A DNA stretch of 64,000 nucleotides from an uncultured Gammaproteobacteria bacterium (lineage in GTDB: Bacteria > Patescibacteriota > Microgenomatia > UBA12405 > CAZGPK01), in contig CAZGPK010000002.1 in NCBI GenBank assembly GCA_964527115.1, positions 20,765 to 84,764 of the forward strand, written 5' to 3'. Shown here in pieces: positions 18,354 to 27,347 of the stretch. Under the pieces are notes generated by a model, which did not search any database, had not been told where the DNA came from, and saw only the letters and a list, made by a program, of their open reading frames with translations. Both the position numbers and the translations under genes were made by a program. How positions within the stretch are numbered: position 1 is the first letter of the stretch; the number at the start of each line of letters is the position of its first letter.

Positions 18354-19682
18354 ATGTCTTCTAATATGTCTTCTAAAAAGGTAATGGTACCGCCACACTC
18401 AAGAGAGGCAGAGTTGTCAGTTTTGGGGGCGGTTTTATTGGATAAGGATGCGGTGATTGCGGTAAGTGAGTTTTTAAAGCCGGAGCATTTTTATGAGCCA
18501 ATCCACGCTGATATATTTGAGGCAGTTTTAACGCTTTATGAGAATCGTTCTTCAATAGATGTGGTGACGGTGGCAGAGACTCTGAAAAAGAAAAAAAAGT
18601 TGAAAATAGTAGGAGGACGGGCTTATCTTTCTTCATTGGTAGCAGAGGTACCAACAGCGGCTCACGCGGAAGAGTATGGAAGGATAGTGAAAGACCTTTC
18701 AGCCAAAAGGGAACTTATTAGTGCGGCGGCGCGGATTAACGAGCTGGCTTTTGCTGAGGGAGGGGAGACAGATGATCTTTTGGATAAGGCAGAACAGGAG
18801 ATTTTTACGCTTTCACAAAGACATATTAGGGATGCGCCCAGCTCATTAAGAGATATTCTAACAGCCAGTTTTGATCGTTTGGATGAGCTTCAGAAAATGG
18901 GAACCGGATTGAGGGGAATGGCGACCGGATTTACTGATTTAGACAACTTGTTGGCGGGGATGCAGGATGCAAATCTTTTAATTTTGGCGGCCAGGCCGGG
19001 AATTGGAAAGTCAACTATGGCATTAAACATTGCCCGGTACGTGGCGGTGGAGGCGAAACTACCGGTTTGCTATTTTTCCTTGGAAATGAGCAAAGAGGAG
19101 TTGGTGGATCGCTTGTTGGTGCGTCAGGGAGGACTGGATGCTTGGAAAATGAAGACGGGGAAATTAAATGACAATGATTTGGCCCATCTTTCGGAGGCGA
19201 TGGGAATGTTGGCTGATGCGCCTTTGTTTATTGATGATACAGCTGCTTTATCTGTTTTGGAGCTTAGGACAAGAGCAAGACGCTTGCAAGCTGAGCAGGG
19301 CTTACGGCTCATTGTGGTGGATTATTTACAGCTGATGAGAGGAAAGACAACAGATAATCGAGTACAGGAAGTGAGTGAAATTTCCCAAGGGCTTAAAGCT
19401 TTGGCTAAAGAGCTTAAATTGCCAATTTTGGCGGCGGCCCAGCTTTCCCGGGCAGTAGAGGTACGGGGAGGATTTAGACCGAGGTTAGCCGATCTTAGGG
19501 AGTCAGGGAGTATTGAACAGGATGCAGACGTGGTCGCTTTTCTTTACCGGGAGGACGAGGAGAATAAAGAGACTTTGGTCTGTGAGGTGTCCAAGCACAG
19601 AAATGGTCCGGTAGGGCTTTTTAAGCTTTTCTTCAACAGTAAACTAGTTAGCTTTTTTGGAATGGATCAGAAGAAGGAGTAA
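18354..19682 (+). CDS. dnaB: Replicative DNA helicase
   Basis: PPHS.EAE..VLG, ARPGIGKST, FSLEMS, VDYLQLM, DLRESGSIEQDAD. Confidence 0.97.
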   Translation: MSSNMSSKKVMVPPHSREAELSVLGAVLLDKDAVIAVSEFLKPEHFYEPIHADIFEAVLTLYENRSSIDVVTVAETLKKKKKLKIVGGRAYLSSLVAEVPTAAHAEEYGRIVKDLSAKRELISAAARINELAFAEGGETDDLLDKAEQEIFTLSQRHIRDAPSSLRDILTASFDRLDELQKMGTGLRGMATGFTDLDNLLAGMQDANLLILAARPGIGKSTMALNIARYVAVEAKLPVCYFSLEMSKEELVDRLLVRQGGLDAWKMKTGKLNDNDLAHLSEAMGMLADAPLFIDDTAALSVLELRTRARRLQAEQGLRLIVVDYLQLMRGKTTDNRVQEVSEISQGLKALAKELKLPILAAAQLSRAVEVRGGFRPRLADLRESGSIEQDADVVAFLYREDEENKETLVCEVSKHRNGPVGLFKLFFNSKLVSFFGMDQKKE

Positions 19683-19782
19683 GTATAGACGGCATAGTTA
19701 GAGAAAGAGAGAAAAAACGAGAACAAGAAGAAAGTAAGAGGAGAGAAAGAGGAATTTGGGGTATAGGAGAAAATAATAGTGA

Positions 19783-19869
19783 TGGTGCCGGGGGGGGGAG
19801 TTGAACCCCCATGGTATTGCTACCACACGATTTTGAGTCGTGCGCGTCTGCCAGTTCCGCCACTCCGGC
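19783..19869 (-). tRNA. tRNA-Leu(CAA)
   Basis: GCCGGAGTGGCGGAACTGGCAGACGCG CACGA-CTCAAAA-TCGTG; long variable arm; CCA encoded. Confidence 0.95.
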
Positions 19870-19915
19870 AATGGGTGGTGCCTGTTATTTTAGCATCTTG
19901 TGTTAAGATAGTCTT

Positions 19916-20668
19916 ATGAATTTCCCCTTGGGTGTGACTTGGTATTCGCTGTTTTTTTCGGTGGGAATGTTATTGTTTTCTTTTTCTTGGTGGAGAAATT
20001 TAAAAGGGGATTTTGATCCTAAAAGAGTGTCGGTTTTTATTTGGACTGTGCTTTTGCTTTTCTTTCTGGGGGGAAGGGCGGGATTTTTTTTGCAAAGGAT
20101 AGAAGAGCTTCGAGGTGAGTGGGCTTATTGGTTTTATTGGTGGAAATGGCCTGGTTTTTCTTGGCTTGCGGGCTATTGGGGCGGGTTGCTGGGAGTTTTG
20201 ATTTGGTCAGTTTGGCAAAGGTGGCGTTTTTGGGTTTTGGTTGAGGAGGGGACTCTGCCTTTTTTAGGCTGGAGTCTTTTTTATTTTTTAGGAAGTTTAA
20301 TGGTTGCGGGAAGTTTGCAATCTTTTTTACTGGTTTGCCTATTTCTGGTTTTGATTTTACTTTTGATCTGGCTTTCTGGGCGTTATCGTTCTTTTGCCTG
20401 GTACAAAAGCGGTAAAAGAGGGTTTTTATTTTTAGTTGGTAATATTATTTTTGGATTGGTAGTGCTGGCTTGGGGAATAGTGAAGTTGAGTTTCTCTCTT
20501 TTTTATTTTTGGTTGCCTTTTTTGTTTTTGTGTTTTTCTGGTCTGGCTTTGGTATACTTGGCGGGTGGTAAACTTTTGAAAGAAAATTTTTTGTTTGTTA
20601 GTTTTTTAAAAGGAAGAAGGAGCTCAAAAAATGAAGAAAAAAAAGGAAGAGACAAAAAAGAGATCTAG
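19916..20668 (+). CDS. lgt: Prolipoprotein diacylglyceryl transferase-like membrane protein
   Basis: Multi-TM; LGGR.GF and G.S..GG..G motifs; lspA two genes downstream. Confidence 0.6.
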   Translation: MNFPLGVTWYSLFFSVGMLLFSFSWWRNLKGDFDPKRVSVFIWTVLLLFFLGGRAGFFLQRIEELRGEWAYWFYWWKWPGFSWLAGYWGGLLGVLIWSVWQRWRFWVLVEEGTLPFLGWSLFYFLGSLMVAGSLQSFLLVCLFLVLILLLIWLSGRYRSFAWYKSGKRGFLFLVGNIIFGLVVLAWGIVKLSFSLFYFWLPFLFLCFSGLALVYLAGGKLLKENFLFVSFLKGRRSSKNEEKKGRDKKEI

Positions 20669-21029
20669 GGTGAGCTTTGTTTTCCCAATGAATCTTTTAA
20701 AGCCAGTAGCGGGATTTTTGAAGCAGGAGTTGAAGAAGGTGACCAGGCAGGAGAAGAAACTAGAGGAAAGAAATACTGAGTTGCCAGAGAACAATAACCG
20801 AGCAGCGGTAGATAGTGAGGTGGTGGAGCAGGTGGGGAGGATGGGAATGGAGGCAAAAAAACGCTTGCTTCGAGCCCGAGTGGTGCAGATTAGAAAGGCA
20901 CTAACGAGAATTAAAATAGGGAAGTATGGGGTTTGTGAGAAGTGTGGAGTGATGATTGATACCGATCGTTTGACGGTTTACCCTGAGGCGACAGTATGTG
21001 TGGCCTGCGAAAAAGAGCGCGAATCATAG
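20631..21029 (+). CDS. TraR/DksA C4 zinc-finger protein
   Basis: ALTRIKIGKYGVCEKCG...RL...PEATVCVAC. Confidence 0.9.
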   Translation: MKKKKEETKKRSRVSFVFPMNLLKPVAGFLKQELKKVTRQEKKLEERNTELPENNNRAAVDSEVVEQVGRMGMEAKKRLLRARVVQIRKALTRIKIGKYGVCEKCGVMIDTDRLTVYPEATVCVACEKERES

Positions 21030-21403
21030 TTTTTTATTTTTTGATTTTATTGCTGTTGGAGCTTGCACATTGCTGGTTGTCGAAGAGACTTCCTTGGAGT
21101 TTGAATCAGGGATTTTTTAGCGGTTTGGGAGTTTTTAGTTGGCCTTGGATCGGAGGGGGAGTGGTTTTAATTTTGGTAGTTTTATTAGGGGCAGCAATTT
21201 GGTTTAAGGGAGCGGCTGTTTACCCTTTGGGGTTTTTGTGGGCGGCGGGCGTAGTGAATTTTTTAGACCGGGTTTTTTTTAAGGGAGTGCGTGATTATTG
21301 GCAGTTTTGGTATTGGCAGAATAATTTGGCTGATTGGTTTATTGTGCTTCCAGTTTTGTGGTTGTTGCTGTTGGCGGTAAAGAAGGAGGGGAAAAATGGG
21401 TAA
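20996..21403 (+). CDS. lspA: Lipoprotein signal peptidase II
   Basis: NQG, NFLDRV, GVRDY, NLADWFI. Confidence 0.75.
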   Translation: MCGLRKRARIIVFYFLILLLLELAHCWLSKRLPWSLNQGFFSGLGVFSWPWIGGGVVLILVVLLGAAIWFKGAAVYPLGFLWAAGVVNFLDRVFFKGVRDYWQFWYWQNNLADWFIVLPVLWLLLLAVKKEGKNG

Positions 21404-22121
21404 GGAAGATATGGATAATAAAGTAAAATTATTGTGGGAAGATAGGTTTTTTTTGGTGGTTTATAAACCGGCGGGAATGCTGAGTGTGCCGGCAGAAACA
21501 GAAAAAGGAGGCCCAGTATTGTCTGATTGGATAAGAGATAATATTGAGATTGATTTGTCTATAAGGGATGATTTAAGGGATGGTTTTTCTTTTAAAAGGA
21601 GAATGGGGGTGGTGCACCGCCTGGATAAGGATACTTCTGGTCTGGTTTTGGTGGCCAAGAGTGAAGCGGTTTTTTTAAAACTGCAGGGTTTTTTTAAAAA
21701 AAGAGAGGTGGAAAAGGAGTATTTAGCTTTAGTGTGGGGAGAAACATCCAGTACAGGAGAGGTGAAAATGCCAATAGAGAGGGATCGGTCTCGCTTTGGT
21801 CGGTTCAGGGTGGGGATAGAGGGAAAGGAGGCTTTGACTAAGTTTAGGCGGATAGGATTAAAGAGAAATCAGGGAAAATTTTTAAGTTTGCTTGAGGTTT
21901 TTCCTTGGACGGGGCGGACACACCAAATTAGGGTTCACTTTTCTTACCTAGGGTGGCCAATTGTGGGAGACGGGCTTTATGGAAGAGAGAATCTGCCTTC
22001 TCAGAAAAGATTATTTTTACACGCTCAGAAGATAGTTTTACCTCACCCAATAAGCAGGCAAAGGTTAGAATTTAAATCTCCCTGCCCGGCAGATCTCTGG
22101 CTCTTGTGGGAGGCAATCTGA
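21396..22121 (+). CDS. RluA-family pseudouridine synthase
   Basis: KPAG, HRLDKDTSG, TGRTHQIRVH. Confidence 0.95.
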   Translation: MGKEDMDNKVKLLWEDRFFLVVYKPAGMLSVPAETEKGGPVLSDWIRDNIEIDLSIRDDLRDGFSFKRRMGVVHRLDKDTSGLVLVAKSEAVFLKLQGFFKKREVEKEYLALVWGETSSTGEVKMPIERDRSRFGRFRVGIEGKEALTKFRRIGLKRNQGKFLSLLEVFPWTGRTHQIRVHFSYLGWPIVGDGLYGRENLPSQKRLFLHAQKIVLPHPISRQRLEFKSPCPADLWLLWEAI

Positions 22122-22134
22122 TAAGATTTAAATC

Positions 22135-22965
22135 ATGAAAAGAATAGGGGGGGTAGTTTTTGTTTTAATTTTGATTTTTGTTTTTGGGCTTTGGTTTTGG
22201 GGGACTCCTAAAGGGGATTTGCGTTTGGCTTTTTGGGATGAAGGAAGCTTGTCTTTGCTTAGTGTTTTTCCAGAAAGAAGACAAATTTTAGAATTTCAGT
22301 TGCCGGGAGAACTTTTGGTTTGGGTGCCCGATAATTATGGCTGGTACAGATTGGACAAGGTAGAAAAACTACTAAAACAGGAGGGGAGAGAAGATCTTTT
22401 GGGGCCGGTAGTTTTTTTTAATTTTGGATTTTATCCAAGTAGGGTGATTTTAGGGAATTCTGGTCAAACAGGCTTACCCTTGGTCTTTGGAAAATGGACT
22501 GATTTGAAGCTTTGGCGTTGGTGGTGGCAGGCGAAGGGTTTAGTACGGAAAGTTTGGAAGAGTGCCGATTTGGCAAGCTTAGTCGCTGAGGAGGGGAGAC
22601 TTAATGAAACAAGGTGGGAGGAGCTTATTATGGGTGGGTGGCGTTTGGATTTTGATGATGGGGTAGGGGATCAGGCGCTGAGACTGGGGGTGTATAACGC
22701 CTCAGGACAACCCGGCTGGGCCGGGTGGCTGGGGAAGAGGATGAGCTGGGCCGGGTGGCAAGTAGTTGATGTGGGAGACAGTGAGGGAAGGGGAGAAGGT
22801 AAGTGTTTGGTGGAGCATTCCTTAAATAATCAGGATAGGGAGACAATGAAAGCAATGGGGGATTGGGCAGCGTTTTTAGGTTGTTCTTTGAAGCAAGTTG
22901 AAGCAGGTGGGGCGGGAGTAGATTTGCGTTTGTTATGGCAGGTGGGAGCAGGATTTTGGAAGTAG
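22135..22965 (+). CDS. LytR C-terminal domain membrane protein (degenerate LCP)
   Basis: TM; VYNASGQPGWA...GWQVVDVGD. Confidence 0.65.
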   Translation: MKRIGGVVFVLILIFVFGLWFWGTPKGDLRLAFWDEGSLSLLSVFPERRQILEFQLPGELLVWVPDNYGWYRLDKVEKLLKQEGREDLLGPVVFFNFGFYPSRVILGNSGQTGLPLVFGKWTDLKLWRWWWQAKGLVRKVWKSADLASLVAEEGRLNETRWEELIMGGWRLDFDDGVGDQALRLGVYNASGQPGWAGWLGKRMSWAGWQVVDVGDSEGRGEGKCLVEHSLNNQDRETMKAMGDWAAFLGCSLKQVEAGGAGVDLRLLWQVGAGFWK

Positions 22966-23013
22966 GTGATAGAAAAAATGTACAGAGTTTAGATAAAAGG
23001 TTAAAATTGGTTT

Positions 23014-23736
23014 ATGTCGGGTCACAATAAATGGTCAAAAATTAAGCATAAAAAAGGATCGGAAGATGCAAAAAAGAGCCAGGCTTTTGGCAAGATTTCA
23101 AGATTGGTGATGGCGGCAATATTGGAGGGAGGAGGAGTAATTGACCCAAGTGCTAATTCTACTTTGAGGGCGGCAATTAGTCGGGCACGGGAAATTAATA
23201 TGCCAAAGGAAAATATTGAGAGAGCAATTAAAAAAGCCTCTTCAAAAATAGGTGGAGGAGAGAATATTTTAGTTGAAGGTTATGGGCCTGGGGGGGTAGG
23301 GATTTTAGTTTTGGCATTAAGTGATAGTCGGATACGAACAATTCAGGAATTTAAGAATATTTTTTCTCGAGGAGGGGGAAATATGGCAGAGCCTGGGGCA
23401 GTGACTTTTTTGTTTGAACGGAGGATAATTTTTGAGGTGAGTGGAGTAAAAACAGAGAATGATTTATTGCCATTTATAAATTTGGGTCTTTTAGATTGGA
23501 AAAGGCGAGAAGGGAGCTGGTATTTACAGGTGGCAGCAGGCGGGGAGGGAGAGGGGTTTCAAGAACATTTAGCCAAGGTGGGGTTTAAAATAATGGGGAA
23601 AGAGATAGTTTGGGTGGCAAAAAACAAAATGATGATTTCCAGCCAGGATAAAAAGGATTTGCAATTTTTACTTGAGAGTTTAGAGGAGCAAGCTGATGTT
23701 TTAGGTATTTTTACTAATTCGGAGGAGAATAATTAA
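23014..23736 (+). CDS. yebC: YebC/PmpR family protein
   Basis: MSGHNKWSKIKHKKG, MPKENIERAI, EGYGPGG. Confidence 0.95.
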   Translation: MSGHNKWSKIKHKKGSEDAKKSQAFGKISRLVMAAILEGGGVIDPSANSTLRAAISRAREINMPKENIERAIKKASSKIGGGENILVEGYGPGGVGILVLALSDSRIRTIQEFKNIFSRGGGNMAEPGAVTFLFERRIIFEVSGVKTENDLLPFINLGLLDWKRREGSWYLQVAAGGEGEGFQEHLAKVGFKIMGKEIVWVAKNKMMISSQDKKDLQFLLESLEEQADVLGIFTNSEENN

Positions 23737-24551
23737 TGGCAGTTGAAGGAAAAATTTTAAATAAGAGGATTAGATTTTTTTTGTCGACTGGTTTTTTGCA
23801 GGGTTTGTGGTTGGTGGTGGTAAAGCTAGTCCCGTTTGAGTTTAAATATTTGACACTGTTTTTTTTGGCGGTAGTAATAGTTTTTGTTTACAGTCTGGCC
23901 TTGAGGATATCTTGGAAAGAAAAGGGTTTAATAGCTAAAATGTGGCCGGTTTATGTTTTGCCAATTTTGTTCTTTTGGGGCTGGGCAATGTTTATTTTTT
24001 TGTTTGATAGTTGGCTGATTGTTATTCTTGCTTCATTTTTGTTTTTTTTGGTAAATTACGTAATTTTGCTGGTAGATAATTTATTTTTAGTGACGGTTTC
24101 ATATAAGGCGATTCCTCTTTATCGGACGGCCAGCAGTGTTAATCTTTTGCTTGTATTATCTTCTAGTTTTTTACTATTTGATGTTTTTGGTTCCTTTTAT
24201 TTACCGTTTTGGCTTTTGGCCTCTTTAGTCTTTGTAGTAGTTTGTCTATTTTTAACTTATCTTTTTTGGTCAGTTTCTTTAGTAGAGTCTGGGTTGGAAT
24301 GGAGAGATTGGCAAAGCTATCCTTTGGTGGCGGGGCTTTTAGTCTTTGAGTTTGCCGTAGTTTTATCCTGGTGGCCGGTGGGGATTTTCCTGCGTTCAGT
24401 TTATTTAATGTTGGCCTTGTATGTTTTGGCGGTTTTGATGCAGCATGATTTAAGAGGAAGATTTTTCAAAAAGACGTGGCGGGAGATTTTATGGGTGGGA
24501 CTGGGGGCCCTTATCGGGCTCTTTTGGGTGACAAGATGGCGAGCATTTTAA
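23736..24551 (+). CDS. Conserved multi-TM membrane protein (DUF5656-like)
   Basis: About 9 TM helices; IPLYRTA motif. Confidence 0.7.
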   Translation: MAVEGKILNKRIRFFLSTGFLQGLWLVVVKLVPFEFKYLTLFFLAVVIVFVYSLALRISWKEKGLIAKMWPVYVLPILFFWGWAMFIFLFDSWLIVILASFLFFLVNYVILLVDNLFLVTVSYKAIPLYRTASSVNLLLVLSSSFLLFDVFGSFYLPFWLLASLVFVVVCLFLTYLFWSVSLVESGLEWRDWQSYPLVAGLLVFEFAVVLSWWPVGIFLRSVYLMLALYVLAVLMQHDLRGRFFKKTWREILWVGLGALIGLFWVTRWRAF

Positions 24552-24574
24552 TAAATAAATACGTGTTTATTTAT
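24551..24574. repeat. AT-rich palindrome directly after the stop codon (possible terminator or operator)
   Basis: ATAAATAAA-TACGTG-TTTATTTAT. Confidence 0.45.
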
Positions 24575-24985
24575 CTTGTTTCTTTCCGTTAAAAATATAT
24601 TTTTTGATGATATTTTTTGTATATAAAAAATAGGGGAGTGCTTTTAACTTTTTTTGAGAATTATCAAGGCAAGTGGTAATTGTTGGTTTGGGCAGGGGTC
24701 GTTGGTAGTTTTTTGATTTTATTTTAGGATTGCTAGGAAATCTTTTTTTTGCGATTTATTAAATAGTCGGGGATTTGATTTTAAAGAAATTGTTTTGTTT
24801 TTTTGAAAAGGGGACTTGGTCTTTTTTGAAAAGGTCAGGAGGTTTGAATTTTTTAAAAAAGGAAATTAGTGATTGATGATTGTTTTTTATTTTTTTTAAA
24901 ATTATTGTTTTTGATTTTATTTTTTTTTGAGTGCTGTGGGGTTGGGGAGAGGGGAGTAAAAGTTAAGTATCTTATAATATATTAA

Positions 24986-25023
24986 TCCTATAATACATAC
25001 GCGTTTTCACGATTATTATAGGA
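24986..25023. repeat. Perfect 10-bp inverted repeat
   Basis: TCCTATAATA-18 bp-TATTATAGGA, then CTTTTTT. Confidence 0.6.
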
Positions 25024-25337
25024 CTTTTTTCACGAGGAGGGGGAATTGGCAGACTAGTAGATTGTTTGCTAGCTGGCCTCAAAAGTTTGGAATATACGTT
25101 ATTTTAGGCAATATTTGCATGTATTACTATGATATAGTTTGTGTGGGGACAGTCCTAAAGGGGGAGGAAAGGGAGGGGGTGGAAATTGTGGAAAAGTTTT
25201 TAGGCCTATATCTAGCTGGGGAGTTCTGTTTAAATAATTAAAAATATTATTTATCTAATATGTTTTTTGTTTATTTTTGGTCAGGTAAAGCCTCCTCTTC
25301 CCCTTTGGGGATTTGCCTTTAGGCTAAGTTAATAGTA

Positions 25338-25365
25338 TTGTCGCACAATATCTCTTTTACGACGT
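25338..25365. other. Candidate dif-like Xer site
   Basis: TTGTCGCACAA-TATCTC-TTTTACGACGT, an imperfect 11-6-11 palindrome about 550 bp upstream of the xer gene. Confidence 0.55.
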
Positions 25366-25881
25366 TGCTCAAAAGAGGAGGGAAGGGGGAGTAATTTTTT
25401 AAATTGGAAAATATTTTTAAAATATTGTTTTTTATTTTTCTAAAAATCTTTTTTCTGTCTTAATTAGTCTATTTCTTCCCCTAAAAGCCGGGGCTCCCTA
25501 ATTTCTGATTTGAGGCTAGAAAATGCCAGTAGACTTCTCTGCGCCTGATTTTGAGAAGGGAATATATTAAAAACACCTAAAAGTAGGGAGAAAATGAAAA
25601 TGACCTTTTTAGCGGCTCTCAGAGCGACTTTAGAAGGTGTAGACGTAGGGTTACTCATCTTCTTTTTATTGTTTTGAGCTTAAAATGGTTTGTTTTTGTA
25701 AAGAGTTGTATTTTTTTAGATTTTTTCTAATCCCCTTTTTTTAGAAATGGGTTTTTTAATTTTTTAGATTTCCCTTTTTTCTTTTTTTGTTCTGATGTTT
25801 TTTTTAAAAGTTTTAAAATTGAAAGTTTTAAAAGAAGTACTTTTATCTTTTAGATTTTGGTCTTTTTTGGTTTGGTTGCAA

Positions 25882-25909
25882 TTGACATTTATCTGAAACG
25901 TCGTACAAT
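25882..25909 (+). promoter_or_regulatory. Promoter of xer gene (leaderless)
   Basis: TTGACA-16 bp-TACAAT, 6 nt before GTG 25916. Confidence 0.7.
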
Positions 25910-25915
25910 GTAAGG

Positions 25916-26878
25916 GTGAATAAGGAGAAAGATTTAAAAGAATTGATTTGGCGTTTTTTGGAACATTTGGAGATTGAAAGGAATTGTTCTCAGTTAACGG
26001 TAAGAAATTATCGACACTATTTATTTCGTCTCCATGATTTTCTCTGTCCCCTCTCCCCTGTCGGAGAGGTGCAGAAGAAAATTAAAATTGCTGAGGTTGA
26101 TTTAGAAAAAATCAGACGCTTCCGCCTTTTTTTGGCGCGTCAAGCTGGAAAAAATGGGAAAGGTGAAATGAAGAGAGTGACCCAAGGGTATCATATTATT
26201 GCCTTGCGGGCTTTTTTAAAGTGGTTAGTTAAAAATGATTATCAGGTTTTGGAACCAGAAAAAATTGATGTTCCAAAAAGCGAGGAAAGACAGGTTAAAT
26301 TTTTAGAATCAGAACAATTAGAGCGGTTTTTAGCTATGCCTGACAGTTCAAGCCTGGCGGGACTGCGGGATCGGTCTATTTTGGAGTTTCTCTTTTCTAC
26401 TGGACTGCGGGTTTCAGAGTTGGTAGCACTTAATCGGACTGGGCTTAATCTAAAACAAAGAGAAATTGGAGTAATTGGTAAGGGAGGCAAGGCGAGGGTG
26501 GTTTTTCTCTCCCGGCGGGCAGTAGCAGTGACAGGACGATATTTGGCGGGACGAGAGGATAAATCTGAACCTCTTTTTATTCGATTGGGTGGGAAAGCTT
26601 CAGGACCGGGAACAGGTGATGAAGATGTTCGTCTGAGCTCAAGATCGGTACAAAGAATTGTTGAGAAGTACAGGAAAAAAGCGCGACTGGCAGTGTCAGC
26701 TACTCCTCATACCCTAAGGCATTCGATGGCAACTGATTTACTGCGAAATGGGGCGGACTTGAGGTCGGTTCAAGAGATTTTAGGGCATAAGAACATTGCT
26801 ACGACTCAGATCTATACTCATGTAACGGATGCCAGATTAAGAGAGGTACACGACAAATATCATCGGGGGAATAGATAG
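25916..26878 (+). CDS. Tyrosine recombinase, XerC/XerD family
   Basis: STGLRVSEL, GKGGKAR, TPHTLRHSMAT, LGH, TTQIYTH. Confidence 0.95.
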   Translation: MNKEKDLKELIWRFLEHLEIERNCSQLTVRNYRHYLFRLHDFLCPLSPVGEVQKKIKIAEVDLEKIRRFRLFLARQAGKNGKGEMKRVTQGYHIIALRAFLKWLVKNDYQVLEPEKIDVPKSEERQVKFLESEQLERFLAMPDSSSLAGLRDRSILEFLFSTGLRVSELVALNRTGLNLKQREIGVIGKGGKARVVFLSRRAVAVTGRYLAGREDKSEPLFIRLGGKASGPGTGDEDVRLSSRSVQRIVEKYRKKARLAVSATPHTLRHSMATDLLRNGADLRSVQEILGHKNIATTQIYTHVTDARLREVHDKYHRGNR

Positions 26879-26935
26879 CAATAGAGCAGGAAGTGGGTTG
26901 CCTGGGATTGGTAAAAGATCGGTCTTTCTTAGCTC

Positions 26936-27250
26936 TCACTTAGCTCTCAGTACGGGACATTCAAAGGGAATTGGGTATAGTAAACTAGTTGTTGTTCCTC
27001 GGGGTGCTTGTTTTTCTCTTAGTGTGGGTGGAATTAGTTCTGCTTCTACTATCAGTTTATTTCGGGTGATTACTGTTCTGAGGCAACCGCGGAGGGGATC
27101 GTGTTTCCGTAAGTTTTGACAGTCGACGGTTCTTCTTTCTTGGTCATTGCTGTGAATCGCTGGGTCGGCGGTAGCGAAGAAGCAAGCGTAGCAGATGAGC
27201 GGATCGGGGAGAAAGAAACCTGCTCTTTCTAATTTTTCTTTTACATTCAT
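26936..27250 (-). CDS. Small Cys-containing orphan protein
   Basis: 104 aa with CxxC plus three more Cys; has its own upstream AT-rich region. Confidence 0.55.
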   Translation of the reverse strand: MNVKEKLERAGFFLPDPLICYACFFATADPAIHSNDQERRTVDCQNLRKHDPLRGCLRTVITRNKLIVEAELIPPTLREKQAPRGTTTSLLYPIPFECPVLRAK

Positions 27251-27347
27251 TGTTTAAGCTTGTTTAACTTTTTATACATATAGTATCACAGTATCATTTT
27301 CCCCAATTGGTTGTTGGGGTTTTGTTTTGGGAGTAGGGGTTTTAAAA

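Noticed and set aside
19683-19782. Purine-rich stretch after dnaB and the 71-aa ORF 19648-19863
   Set aside because: Low complexity from strand skew; the ORF is a translation of tRNA-Leu.
25464-25658. 64-aa minus-strand ORF in the AT-rich gap
   Set aside because: No recognisable motif or start signal; probably chance.
24552-25915. oriC, RNase P RNA, tmRNA or CRISPR array
   Set aside because: Only one imperfect DnaA box and no skew switch; no GAAAGTCC P4 motif, tRNA-like ends or regularly spaced repeats.
25916-27250. Prophage or integrative element
   Set aside because: The recombinase resembles chromosomal Xer; no phage or conjugation genes and no tRNA-end duplication.
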